Assembly: GCA_031266115.1 (NCBI GenBank)
Contig: JAISBQ010000025.1
Location: forward strand, 1-38,334
Origin: Bifidobacteriaceae bacterium
Lineage (GTDB): Bacteria > Actinomycetota > Actinomycetes > Actinomycetales > WQXJ01
DNA: 38,334 bases
Direction: 5' to 3'
The notes under the pieces are model-generated. The model worked only from the letters and a program-made list of their open reading frames with translations. It did not search any database and was not told where the DNA came from. Both the position numbers and the translations under genes were made by a program. This document shows positions 1-10,500 of the stretch, in pieces. Position 1 is the first letter of the stretch; each line of letters opens with the position of its first letter.

Positions 1-520
1 GCCCATCGACGCGGGAAGTACGTCCAAGGTCTTTGCCGATCACCAGCACGCCAGCGGCCTCGAGCCATTCGACGACAGACGCGATGGGGCCCAATGGTAT
101 CCGCCACTGCGCGCGCAGCATCCGGGCGGCATCAGCAGGTTCGTCATCGAACGGATCGAACGCTGGGAGGGACAAGTCAGCACGAATAAGGACATCGTCG
201 CGGAGTCGTTCCGCATGCCACCTGGCAACGTTGAGTTCGGCCTCAAGGCGCCGCCATTGCGTCGCGGGTGCCGTGGCCTTACGACGCATGTGCGCTCCTA
301 CAGCGATCCCACCCGAGATTCGCTCGGCGCGCTCAAGGAGGGAGGGATGGATACCGAGAGCCGCCGCCAACGTCTCGACTGTGCTTTCATCGGGCGTGCG
401 CAAGTCATGCTCGTATCGTGACAACGCCCCCTGCGCGACACCCGCTGCGCTCGCCAGGTCCGCCTGGGTCATCCCTTTGGCCACCCGAGCGGTCTGCAAC
501 ACTTCACCGATACGGCCCAC
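1..520 (-). CDS. XRE-family HTH domain fused to an ImmA/IrrE (COG2856/DUF955)-like domain; C-terminus lies beyond the left edge
   Basis: Own minus-strand translation from GTG 520-518 gives VGRIGEVLQTARVAKGMTQADLASAAGVAQGALSRYEHDLRTPDESTVETLAAALGIHPSLLERAE, an XRE HTH. It continues ...ADAARMLRAQWRIPLGPIASVVEWLEAAGVLVIGKDLGRTSRVDG, the usual entry into an ImmA/IrrE-like domain. GAGGAG lies 5 nt upstream of the GTG. The ORF is absent from the track because no stop is reached inside the window. Confidence 0.6.
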   Translation of the reverse strand, partial: MGRIGEVLQTARVAKGMTQADLASAAGVAQGALSRYEHDLRTPDESTVETLAAALGIHPSLLERAERISGGIAVGAHMRRKATAPATQWRRLEAELNVARWHAERLRDDVLIRADLSLPAFDPFDDEPADAARMLRAQWRIPLGPIASVVEWLEAAGVLVIGKDLGRTSRVDG

Positions 521-522
521 GC

Positions 523-1143
523 CTACTCCTCTCCTGAAGCAGGCTGCACTGCGCGCTGCGCATCCAGCAAGTCAACCGCCGGAAGCGTCGGGGAAATCGG
601 TGTGAACGTCAAGACAGAACCACGTACAGCAGACCGTTGAATTTCGACAGCCCAGATGGGATTGTTCTTTCCCCTGCGGTAGCTGACCACCGAGACACCG
701 ACACTGCGCGCGTCGCGGTCCCATCGGTATCCGAGTGCGAGTCGGATCACGTCGAGCTCGTCGAACTCGGAGGGCTCGTCGCCCCAGAACTGTCTGTCCG
801 AAACGGTCGGATATGAGCTGATCAGATCGTTCTCGTTGTGCCGTTTGACTCGGCATTGATACATCCGCCCATCGGCGCCTAGGGCCGTGATGACGTAGTT
901 CGGCTCCCGGTCAACGATGCTGACTCCGCCGAGCCCGTCGAGTCGTTGGCTCAGATGCGACCGGAGTCGGGCATGGATCCAGCCCGCCGTGTCGCGTTCG
1001 TACATCGGAGCTGTCCAGTCAGGGTGCTCAGCCGTGTGTTGTCTCCAGTCCAAGGCAGCCGCCTCGACGGCATCAAACAGCGCCTGTAGTAGCTGGTCAG
1101 GCAGGTCATTCAGGATATCATCGGCATCCATGGCGGAAAACAT
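523..1143 (-). CDS. hypothetical protein (206 aa), no family recognised
   Basis: ORF track 523..1212. I prefer ATG 1143 (MFSAMDADDILNDLPDQLL...) because an extended -10 (TGgTATATT) ends 7 nt upstream, which suggests a leaderless mRNA. The TAG stop (525-523) is 2 nt from the GTG of the downstream XRE/ImmA gene. Confidence 0.55.
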   Translation of the reverse strand: MFSAMDADDILNDLPDQLLQALFDAVEAAALDWRQHTAEHPDWTAPMYERDTAGWIHARLRSHLSQRLDGLGGVSIVDREPNYVITALGADGRMYQCRVKRHNENDLISSYPTVSDRQFWGDEPSEFDELDVIRLALGYRWDRDARSVGVSVVSYRRGKNNPIWAVEIQRSAVRGSVLTFTPISPTLPAVDLLDAQRAVQPASGEE

Positions 1144-1160
1144 GCCGCAAAATATACCAT
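1144..1160 (-). promoter_or_regulatory. candidate extended -10 promoter (TGgTATATT) for a leaderless transcript of the 206-aa ORF
   Basis: Minus strand reads atggTATATTttgcggcATG. This AT-rich hexamer stands out in GC-rich DNA, and the 7-nt spacing to the ATG fits actinobacterial leaderless starts. I found no convincing -35. Confidence 0.35.
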
Positions 1161-1254
1161 CATCGGCTAGCGGCAGGTGACCGCGCTGAGCAGACAAGCA
1201 CCCTTCTCGCACGGTAACCCGTCTTGGTGGATCGCGCGGGACGCTCGCCCGTGA

Positions 1255-1572
1255 TCCGTTGCGGGTCCGTCGGCGGTCCGATCGACCGTCGAGGGGTCGG
1301 CCGCCATCGTGGAGTCTGTGTCGTTCGCGGTGCTCGTTGAGAACGTCGGGCCTTTCAGCGGTGGCACCGGAGCGGTGCTCGCGGCCACGCCGGAGGCCCT
1401 CGCCCCATCGCTGTTCGGGTACGGCGAGGAGTGGTTCGGCATCGGCGCCTGCGTTCAGAACATGTGGTTGGCGGCCATCTCATTCGGGATGAAAGGCGCC
1501 TACCTGGCCGACGTGACCATCGCGGAAGCCGAATGGCGATCCATCCTCGGGAGACCCGACAGGTTGGCATGA
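1255..1572 (+). pseudogene. nitroreductase-fold gene remnant (C-terminal fragment)
   Basis: Frame +1 reads IVESVSFAVLVENVGPFSGG...EEWFGIGACVQNMWLAAISFGMKGAYLADV, resembling the C-terminal core of nitroreductase-family proteins. An in-frame TGA at 1252-1254 is preceded by PFSHGNPSWWIARD, possibly a remnant of the N-terminal motif. About 105 codons is too short for an intact enzyme, and there is no room upstream. Confidence 0.35.
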
Positions 1573-1663
1573 ACGTGACCTCCGGTCATCGTCGGGATCG
1601 GCATCGCCTGGCCCGGCCGCCCGCGCACACTGAGGTCGCCAGGAACAAGGGCGCCAGTGGTGT

Positions 1664-1714
1664 GTCGGAAACGTACAGAAAACGCGCTAGGACAAAAGTA
1701 TGTACGTTTTCGAC
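1664..1714. repeat. 51-nt imperfect palindrome, copy 1 (GTCGGAAACGTACA...TGTACGTTTTCGAC)
   Basis: Left arm is gtcggaaacgtacagaaaac; right arm is aaaagtatgtacgttttcgac. About 14 bp pair with one mismatch. It is homologous to the perfect copy 136 bp downstream. Confidence 0.8.
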
Positions 1715-1799
1715 CGTCTGCAGCACTCGCGAGCTGGACACACCTGAGCGTTCGCCCAGTTCAGACAGCTGCCACAGGATCGAGGGCGATGAGCCGCGT

Positions 1800-1850
1800 G
1801 TCGGAAACGTACAGAAGTTTCATCGGGGCAAACTTCTGTACGTTTCCGAC
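1800..1850. repeat. 51-nt perfect palindrome, copy 2 (21-bp arms, 9-nt loop)
   Basis: gtcggaaacgtacagaagttt (1800-1820), loop catcggggc (1821-1829), aaacttctgtacgtttccgac (1830-1850). The arms are exact reverse complements. Confidence 0.9.
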
Positions 1851-2120
1851 CATCTGCGCCATCCTGACCGGGCTCAATCCCAGGGCCAGGCGGCACATGA
1901 CACGACAGCTCGGACGCCGTCACCACGATCGGGTATCACACAACCACCCCGGCTATCGAGTCTCAGGTTCGAGGGGCGAAAGTGCCGATCTGGGTCCTCA
2001 CACTGGCAACTCGGCCGTCCATGGGGCTGCCGTCGTCGTCGCCGTCGGCCGAGCCAGTGAAGTCGTGATGGCCGCCCTCATCGCGGCCGTCGCCGCCGCG
2101 GCCCACGGACGATGACGTCA

Positions 2121-2335
2121 TCGAGATTGTCGAATGCCCGGTCCCGTGACTCCAGTGAGAAATCGGGATTGTCGAATACCAGACTTCGGTGGTCCCCCAG
2201 ACCCGATGTCGGGCATCGGAGAGCGTTATTAGAAATTCCCGATTGCCTTCGCGTTGTCGCTGGTCAGAGTGTCGGTCGGGCAGTACTCGACCGAGTTTCC
2301 AATAAGCCTCGGAGTCTGGTATACGACAATCTCGA
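2121..2335. repeat. three copies of a GATTGTCG(A/T)AT(A/G)CC motif: two direct, one inverted
   Basis: Copy a is tcgagattgtcgaatgcc (2121-2138). Copy b is gattgtcgaataccagact (2167-2185). Copy c, inverted, is agtctggtatacgacaatc (2313-2331, extending to ...ctcga at 2335). b versus rc(c) is 18/19; a versus rc(c) is 16/18. The motifs bracket a low-GC patch (gagcgttattagaaattcccgattgcc) about 220 bp upstream of the eis-like start. Confidence 0.75.
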
Positions 2336-2551
2336 CGCACTCCCACGCCAGCCCGTGCGCCCACGGACCTGCCAGTTCGGCCTACACCGCACGCGGCCTG
2401 CCGTGCCACGTCCACCCAGCCCACCGTCTCCCCGGGCACCACCGTCCCCCCGGACTTGCCCGGCGCGCCGGGCGCCCGGCCTGCCCTAGGATCGGCGGTG
2501 GCTTTCGACGGTGACCTGGGCCGGAGCCTGACAACGACAGGGGGCACGATC

Positions 2552-3835
2552 ATGAGTTTCATGGAAGAGACGCAAGCGGCTATCGCGCCGGCACGCCTGG
2601 TTCGGGGCGACGAGACGTGGGCCCAGGTGATGAACGATGTCGCTGAGTGGGCTTTCGGGGGGCGTCCACACGATCCCCGTATGCCCCCAACGTGGGGGGT
2701 CGACTTCTCGCGGGTGTACGGAGTCGAGGTCGACGAACCGGGAGGCCCGGTATTGGCGGCGGTGTCCTCGGCGTGGAGCTTCGACATCCCCGTGCCGGGC
2801 GGACGGGTCCCCGCCGGGGGTCTGACCTGGGTGTCGGTCCGTCCGGGGTACAGGCGGCGCGGGTTCCTGCGCGCGATGATCGCCGCCCACTTCCAGGACT
2901 GCGCCGAGCGCGGCGAACCCATGTCCATGCTGTGCGCCGCCGAACTGCCGCTCTATGGACGTTTCGGCTACGGCGTGGCGAGCCAATCGGTCTCGGTGCG
3001 GATCCCGAGTGGGGCCGCTCTGCGACCGATACCCGCCGCCGATGCCGTTCACGTCCACTTCGACACGGCCACCTTCGCCGACCACGACGCACTCGTCCAA
3101 GACGTGCGCAAGCAAGCGGGGCGTTCGCGGGCGGCCCGGCCGGGATGGACCGAACTGGTCACCATCGGCGCACGTGAGCAGCGACTCACCAACACCGACA
3201 CTCATCTGCGGGAAACCGAGCGTTTGCGCGTCGCCGTGGCACGGCGCGATGGACGGCCAACCGGCTTCGCCCTGTTCCGGCGGGACGGCAAGGTCCAGGC
3301 CAACATGACTGAGTCCGTGACTGCGGTCGAGGAGTTCGTGGCCACCGACCCCGCCAGCGCCCACGCCCTGTGGCAATCCCTGATCGGGATGGACCTGACG
3401 GCGGCGGTCACCGTGGACAACGAACCCCTCGACGGATGGCTGTTCTCCCTACTTCTCAACTGGCGCGCAGCCAAGCCGCTGGTGTGCGATGCCATCCACA
3501 CCCGTCTCATCGACCTTCCCGCCGCCCTCGCGGCGAGGCGCTACGCGGCCCCCGTTGACCTGGTGTTAGAGGTCACCGACCCCCTACTTCCCACCAACAC
3601 CGGCACATGGCGGCTGCACGGCAACCGAGACCACGCCGAGGTGACCGCAGCCCCGGGGGCTAGGCCCGACATCGTCGGCGATATCGCGGCGTTCAGCGCG
3701 GCCTACCTGGGCGGCACGGGGCTGGCAGTCCTTGAGGACGCGGGACAAATCCGCGAAACTACACCAGACGCCCTGGAACTGCTCGACACGGCCCTGCACT
3801 CCTACCGCGCACCCGCACTCGCAACCGACTTCTGA
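2552..3835 (+). CDS. eis: Eis-type (UPF0256) GNAT N-acetyltransferase with C-terminal SCP2-like region
   Basis: ORF track 2456..3835. Start set to ATG 2552 (MSFMEETQAA), with AGGGGG 8 nt upstream. Family signatures are present: VSVRPGYRRRGFLRAMIAAHF and ELPLYGRFGYGVAS. The ~427-aa length fits the Eis architecture. Confidence 0.8.
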   Translation: MSFMEETQAAIAPARLVRGDETWAQVMNDVAEWAFGGRPHDPRMPPTWGVDFSRVYGVEVDEPGGPVLAAVSSAWSFDIPVPGGRVPAGGLTWVSVRPGYRRRGFLRAMIAAHFQDCAERGEPMSMLCAAELPLYGRFGYGVASQSVSVRIPSGAALRPIPAADAVHVHFDTATFADHDALVQDVRKQAGRSRAARPGWTELVTIGAREQRLTNTDTHLRETERLRVAVARRDGRPTGFALFRRDGKVQANMTESVTAVEEFVATDPASAHALWQSLIGMDLTAAVTVDNEPLDGWLFSLLLNWRAAKPLVCDAIHTRLIDLPAALAARRYAAPVDLVLEVTDPLLPTNTGTWRLHGNRDHAEVTAAPGARPDIVGDIAAFSAAYLGGTGLAVLEDAGQIRETTPDALELLDTALHSYRAPALATDF

Positions 3836-3839
3836 GGGC

Positions 3840-4320
3840 CGAGCAGTTGGTGATCGCGATCAAGGGCGACAATGGCTGGATGAACCGGCCCACTTCGGCG
3901 GCGTCACCGGAGGCGACCCCTCGCGCGGCGGCGGTTGGCGTCAATCACACCGCGCAAGACTTCGAATATCTCTGGCCGGCGGTGGATCTCATCTAGGAGC
4001 ACCAACGTGGGTGTCGACTCTTGCGAGTCTCAACACGTCAATCGGCTCACAGACAAGCGTGAACGCTTGACGTTCGCCGGGGTCGTGTCTACCTGTGCGG
4101 TAAGAAGCGTCTCGGCATCTTCCAGGCGGCGCTGGCCCGCAGGCCGCTCCAGGTCGAGGTAGACCACACCGGCCTCCCACTGGTTCGCGATGTCCCGTGC
4201 CACCATGGTCTTCCCGATCTGCCGAGGACCGAGCAGCGCGACCGCCGCCGCGTGCCTCAACCGCGCCGTCAAGTCCGCGCGCAACACACCCGTGGAATCA
4301 CGTGCAGATCTTGCGGCCCG
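3840..4320 (-). pseudogene. frameshifted, truncated AAA-type ATPase (DUF4143-associated family) remnant
   Basis: ORF 4030..4413 contains VALLGPRQIGKTMVARDIANQWEAGVVYLDLERP (Walker A at 4207-4230). The expected next motif, VLLDEIHRRPEIFEVLRGVIDANRRRARG, is present at about 3925-4000 but in another frame and stops again. The remainder abuts the eis 3' end. Confidence 0.5.
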
Positions 4321-4419
4321 CGTTAGATGCGTAGGCTCCCGCGCCTCGCCGTGTGGTCCGCCGCGAGGCGGTGACTCCGGGAGATCCGTCTGCCTGAACC
4401 TGGTGGCGCCCAAGGTCGC

Positions 4420-4476
4420 CGAGTTTCACGTTTCAGGCCCGAAACCGCCCCTGGGAGCCCGGAAAGGTGAAACTCG
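4420..4476 (-). terminator. nested inverted repeat downstream of the adhesin stop (possible terminator or structured element)
   Basis: cgagtttcac (4420-4429) pairs with gtgaaactcg (4467-4476). They enclose gtttc-aggccc-gaaac (4430-4445). No U-tract follows. Confidence 0.25.
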
Positions 4477-4512
4477 ACGGGTTGGTGAGACGTCGGGGCC
4501 GGGGCCCTGGCC

Positions 4513-7500
4513 TCACCCGTCCTGGCGCCGGCGCCGTCCCGCCACCAGGATGAGAACAAACCCCGCACCGAGAACTGCCATGGTCCACCACATCAGGGCG
4601 GCGCCAAGCGCGCTGATGCCGGTCTTGGCGAGCGGCGCCGGCGACGGTTGCACCTGCGGCACCTCCGGCACCGGCTCGGCTTCAGGAGCCACCACCGGTT
4701 GCGCGACCACGGTGAACGCCGGACTGACGGCTTCACCCGAGAAGCCGCCCACGGCGTGGAACGTGTGAACGCCGAGTTCGGCGTCCAGTGGAACCGTCCA
4801 GGCGTACGTGGCAGCGCCGTTCGGATCGCCCACCACCGCGCCCAGCGACACCGGGATGGAGTGAACGGTGCCCGTCGACTGTTCTGCCGGCTGCAGGTTG
4901 ATCACGGTGAAGCTCACCGTCTCACCCACCGTCACGATCTCCCGATCCGCTGCGGTCGCGATCAAGCCAATCCGCAGGCTGAACGCCACCGAGACGTTGC
5001 CCGCGGCGTCGGTCAGCGTGATGGTGACGATGTCGCCCACCGTGACCATGGTGGGCAGGGTGACCGACCACGATCCGGCGGCATTCACGGTGCCTGTCGC
5101 CAGCTCGATCCCGTTCGCGGACACCACCCTGACGCTCGCACCGGGTTCCCCGCTGCCGGACAGAGTTCCGCCGCCAGTGGGGGTGGGCACAGGCCGATCG
5201 GGCGCCAGGCGGTCCAGGACCAGCGCGGCGTTCGGCGAGGTCTTGACCTGGGCGCGGTTGAACTGCGTCTCATGAATGACCTGCAACTCATGACCGTGGA
5301 CCGGCGCATAGCCGGGCGGCGGCGTGACGGACCAACGGCCGTCCGTGTCCACCACGGTCCGCGCTTCGGCTCCACCCGGGAACGTGACCACCACGGTGTA
5401 TCCGGGGATCCCGTGGCCCACGATCACGCCACCGTTGGACGGGTCCACGCTGGGCACGGGCAGACGCGATTGATCCGCCACCACGATGGTCTGCCGGGAG
5501 GTGTTTCCCGCCGGATCGACGGCCACGGATTCGAGTTCCTCGCCATCGTCCACGTGGCGGTCCGGCTCACACGACCACGATCCATCGTCGCGGTCCGCGT
5601 CCGCCTCGCACACCACCACGCCATCCGCATCCCTGACCACCACGTGAGAGCCGGGCTCGGCATCGCCATAGACGATGGACCCATCGCTCGGATCCACGTC
5701 CGGGGGCTCGGGCGCGGCCGAATCGACAACGACGCGGGTTGGTTCCGAGGAGTTGTCAGCCGGATCGACCACGATCACCTCGATCGGGGTCCCGTCGCCG
5801 GGACGCGGGGTCAGCGGTCCGCAGCGGAAGGTGCCATCGGCGTCCACCTCGGTCTCGCACAGGACGGTGCCATCGTCGGGATTGATCACCACGACCGTGT
5901 CGCCCGGATCGCCGCCCTCGCCGGTGAGATCGGTTCCGTCAGTGGGGTTGACCACGGGTGGCAGAGGCGGCACCGCATCAACCTGCACGGTGGCAGGCGC
6001 CGAGACGAAGCCGTGCGACTCGGTGGCCGTGACCGTCAAGAGCGCCTCGTGCGGTTGAGAGGGGCTCAGCGGCGTGCAGCGGAACGTCCCCAGGACGGTG
6101 GTCTCGGTCTGGCAGATCTCCGCATGCGATGGGGAGTACACGGTGACGGTGGTACCGGGCGCCGCGGTCCCCACCACGGTGGTCGCGTTGGCGTACCGGG
6201 GCATCGGAGCTGCCGGTGTCGCGATGAACTCGATCACCTGGGTGCGTGGGGCCGGCCCCGCAGAGGTGGTCCCGTTGACGGTGAAGCTGACCGTGGCGCT
6301 CCCCGCGGACGATGACGTCGCATCGGCCGTGTAGGTGCCGTCACCGTGATCGGTGATCGAGCCAACGGTGCCGACGGTCGTGAGCAGGGTCACCTGATCG
6401 CCGCCGTGGCCGAGCAGGTTGCCGTAGGCGTCGGCCAGGGTGACTGTGAGCCGGGCCGCATCCGTGCCGTTTGCCTCGACGAATTCCCGCGAGGATGCCA
6501 ACGTCGAGGTCTGCACGCTGGGTTCGCCCGGCTCCATGGTCGCGGTGGCTGGGCTCCCCGTCACGGCGGTGGGTACGCCATCGTCCACCACCGTCGCAGT
6601 CACGATGTAGTCCCCGGCGACGGTCCCGCTGAACTCGACAAACGCGATCCCATTCGTGCCGGTGGCCGGCGTGGTGAAATACCGGATGGTCCCGTCGGGA
6701 CCTGTCACGGTCACACTCGCGACCACGCCGGGCTTGTCGTTCCGGTCGCCGTCGCGGACATGCACCTGGGCGCGGTGGACATCGGTCCCGTTCGCGATCA
6801 CGGGCTGGGGGGCCAGCTCGGTGGGAATGGTCAACTCGGACTGCGAGGCGGACGTTCCGCCGGCGACGAAGGTAACGGTGAGTTGCCCGCTCGCGGTCAC
6901 TTCTTCGCCATCAATCGACGCGTGAACGGTGTAGGTTCCCGCTTCCGCGGTGGTCAGTGCGACACGGGCCTCGCCACCTGCTCCCGATACTGCGGCTCCG
7001 CCATCGGCGATGGCGATCTCAGGCACGGTCCAGAACCTCACCGAGGTTCCCTCCACCAGGTTGCGGTTCGCATCCCTGACGGTGACGGTGGCGTAATGGT
7101 TCGACCCCACCACGACTTCTCCCGATGTCACCGTCAGGACCGACTCTCTGGTGTCCGGCGGTCCGGCAATGAACACCGCGAGGTTGTTGCTGGCGCCGTG
7201 GCCGATGGTTTGGGGAGTCCCGGTCGGCGGGGTGTAGGTGACGTCCACGATGTAGGTGCCGGAGACCTCGGCCGTCAGATCGACGAGGTATTCGCCCGGG
7301 GTTGTGCCGGGCACGGCCGGCGTGGGCACCGCGTCATCGCTGCCGTTCACCGCGCGGACGGTGATGGTGCCGGGCAGGGGTGAGACCGGGTTGCCGTATT
7401 CGTCGTCGAGGGTGATGGTGACGGTCTGGGTCTGGGTGCCATCGGCGATGACGTCCGGACGCTGGGAGACCGCGAAGGCCGACTCACCCGGATCCACATC

Positions 7501-10500
7501 CCTCGGGCGGAACGTGATATCGACCGGAGACCCGGTGATGTCCGCCGTGGAGGATCCGAGGGCCGCGTGGAGGCGGTAGGTCCCGATCTGTGTGGTACTG
7601 ATCTCCTGCACCGCGGTACCCAAGTCACCGGTCGTGATCCACCACTCGCCGCCGCCTGGCATCGACGGGTCGGTCCACAGGTGGATGTCGGCACCCGCCT
7701 TCAGGTTGGAATCGGCGTCGCGCGCCGTCACGGTGGCGACGGCCCGCCCGCCCGCCACCAGGTCGGTCTCGCTGACCTCCAGGGTGGAGGTGCCGGGATG
7801 GGGTGGGCCCGGCACAAAGACCGCGAGGATGTTCCCCGCGGCGGGGACGTCATCCGGCGACGAGGTGCCGCTGGTCAGCGTCACCGTGACGGTGAAGGTG
7901 CCCGCCACGGTCGAGGTGATGGCCGCCTCATAGACCCCAGGAGTGGATGTCTCACCGAAGTCCGCGACCGTCGCTTCGACCGATGGTGTCGCCGCCAGCC
8001 TCGCCTCACCAGTCAGGTCCGCGTCGCGCCCGGAGATCGGATTGTTCCAGGCATCGCCCAACACCACGGTCACGGTTTGCTTGTGTGCGGCGGCGCCGTC
8101 GGCCACCACGTCGGGGAACTGCGACACCGAGTACCCCGAATGGTCCGGGTCGTAGCGGTCGGGGGTGAACTCGACCGTGGTCCGCCCCGGCGGATCCAGC
8201 GGCCGCACCGGGGTGGTGTGGTGCACCGTCACGGTCACATCCTTGATCCCGGTCGCATGGGAGGTGATCGGTGCCGTGTAGACGCCGGGGGATCCCTCGA
8301 TGAAGTCCCCGACGGTCGCGTCGCCCTGGGGGTCCCTGCCGCGTGCGAGGGCGGATAGGTCGGCCGCCTGGTCGGTGATCGGGGTGCCGGTCGCCGAGAG
8401 GAGCGTGACAACGAGGGTGTGGGCCTCGATACCGTTCGCCACCTTGGTCCCCGCGGTGAGCGTGTACGTCGACCCGTCGCCGACGTCGGGGGTGATGAAG
8501 GTCTGGCGCACAACCACCGGGTCCGCAGAATGGCCGTCGGTGAGGGTTTCACCGTTGACCGTGGCCTCGACCGTGGAGGTCCCGGCCTGGAAGGCGGGGG
8601 ACACGATGCGGACGGTGTATTGGCCACCCGAATCGGCGATACCCGACGGTTGCTGCCCGGACGCCAGCGCACCCACGCCGCCAACGGCGACACCCACGGC
8701 GGCGCCGGGGATCGGGTTGGCGTCCCCGTCGCGCACGGTCACGGTAGCCGTGTGGTAGTCCACGCCGTTGGCGAGTCGGGTGCCGTCGGAGCCGGTCAGC
8801 TCGGTCAGGCCATCGCCGAATACCGGATTGCCCGGGGTGAAGGTGATGGCGATCGGCGAGCGGGGAACGTCTTGGGGTGGCGTGCCGTAGGCGGCAAAGA
8901 GCTGGTAATCCCCGGCGCGCGTCGTGGTGATGGCGATCTGCGCCTGACCTGTGCCTTCCCCGGTGGTCACCTCACCGTTGCCGGGCAGCGCGATCGGTGG
9001 GACCGTCCAGAAGGTCACTGTGGTGGGCCGGACGGGGTTGCCGTCATCGTCCAGGAGCGTGGCGGTCGCCGTGATGATCTCGCGCACCCTCACCGAGGTT
9101 CGGTCCACGGCGAGATGCGACAGCCCGCCCGGATTGCCGGGGATGAAATGGGCGATGGCGTTGGCGGTGCCCGAGCGGATCGGCTGCACCTCGGCGCCGG
9201 TGCGCACACCCACCGTCACGGTGAAATCGCCGGCCACCGTCGAGGTGATGTGTGCCGTGTACACGCCGAGGACTGCACTCGGCGTGAAGCCGCTGAGCGT
9301 CGCGACAACCGGCGGATCCGATCCTGCCAGGATCGCCGACGCCTCGATGACCGAGCCCTGCAGGTCGGTAATCGGATTCTCGTCGGCGTCCTGCAGCGTC
9401 ACGGTGACCGTGTGGAAATGAGTCAGGTCGCCATCGGCGATCACGTCGCCTGTCGAGACCGAGAAGAAGGAATCGGGATCGGAGATGGTGCCTGCCACGA
9501 ATTCGACGGTCGTGGTCCCCGGTGGATCGGTCGCGGCGATCGTCTCTCCGGCCCAGGACACATCCACCGTCTTGACACCCCAGACGGTCGAGGTGATCTG
9601 CGCCCGGTAGACGCCGGTGGAGATCTCCGTCCACGGCCCGACGGTGCCGGTGCCGATCCCACCGGTGCCGGTCGGCACAGCCTCGATGTGGTCTTCCTCG
9701 CCGGTCACCAGCGTCCGGTTGGCATCTCGCAACGTGACAGTGACCGCGTGCGCGTCTATGCCGTTGGCCGTTCGGGTGCCCGTGGACAGCTCAAACTCGG
9801 ATTCGCCGGGCTCGACGGTATCGGCAACGAACTCCAAGGCGAGGCGCGTCGCCTGGGGGGCGCCCCCGGTGACAGGGGTATCCGCTGTGCCGGACGGCCT
9901 GCCGAACATGGCCGTGACATAGGCCGTGCCGGCCGTCGACGCCGAGACGATCTTGATGGTGTAGGTGCCGTCCGCCACGGTGACACCCGACAACGACGAA
10001 TCGGGCGTGAGCGACCCGATGCCCGGCTCGAGGGCGAACAGGACGGGCGCCCCAGGGACGGGGTTGCCATGAATGTCGCGCGCGGTCACGGTCGCCTCGT
10101 GGTAGGCCTGGCCACCGGTCTTGCGGGTTTCGGAGTCCGTCCCAGTCAATGTGGTCGTACCCCCGTCGGGATCGAGAGGCTCGAAGACGACGGTGGTGGG
10201 GCTCCCGGTCAACGGACGGGTGACATTCTGCCGGTCCACGAACGAGGCATAGACCTCGTATCCGCGAGCCACGAGGGTGGTGATGTCCACCGACGCGAGC
10301 CCGGCGGTGGACGTCACCTTGCAGGTGGTGATGGCGTCGGAGATCTCCGGGTCGGTGGAGAAGCACACGCGGATGCCCGCCACCGGGTTCTGGTTGGCGT
10401 CCACCAGGCGTGCCGTGGCGACGGCGGTCTCCCCCACGGGCAGTCGGGTCGGGTCGACGGTGAGCGAGGAGTTGCCCGGCAACGGATCGTCGGCATCGAA

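Noticed and set aside
33-605. Plus-strand ORFs at the left edge (33..605, 215..421, 268..537).
   Set aside because: They are antisense to the XRE/ImmA gene, whose HTH translation is unambiguous. Their translations are Ser/Arg/Ala-rich nonsense.
1963-2118. A small minus-strand ORF, MTSSSVGRGGDGRDEGGHHDFTGSADGDDDGSPMDGRVASVRTQIGTFAPRT (51 aa). It lies between the palindromes and the GATTGTCGAAT motifs and has fairly high GC3; it could be a small acidic peptide.
   Set aside because: It has no SD. The opposite strand in the same codon register gives an equally plausible hydrophobic peptide (…AVHGAAVVVAVGRASEVVMAALIAAVAAAAHGR). I recognise no family. It cannot be supported from sequence alone.
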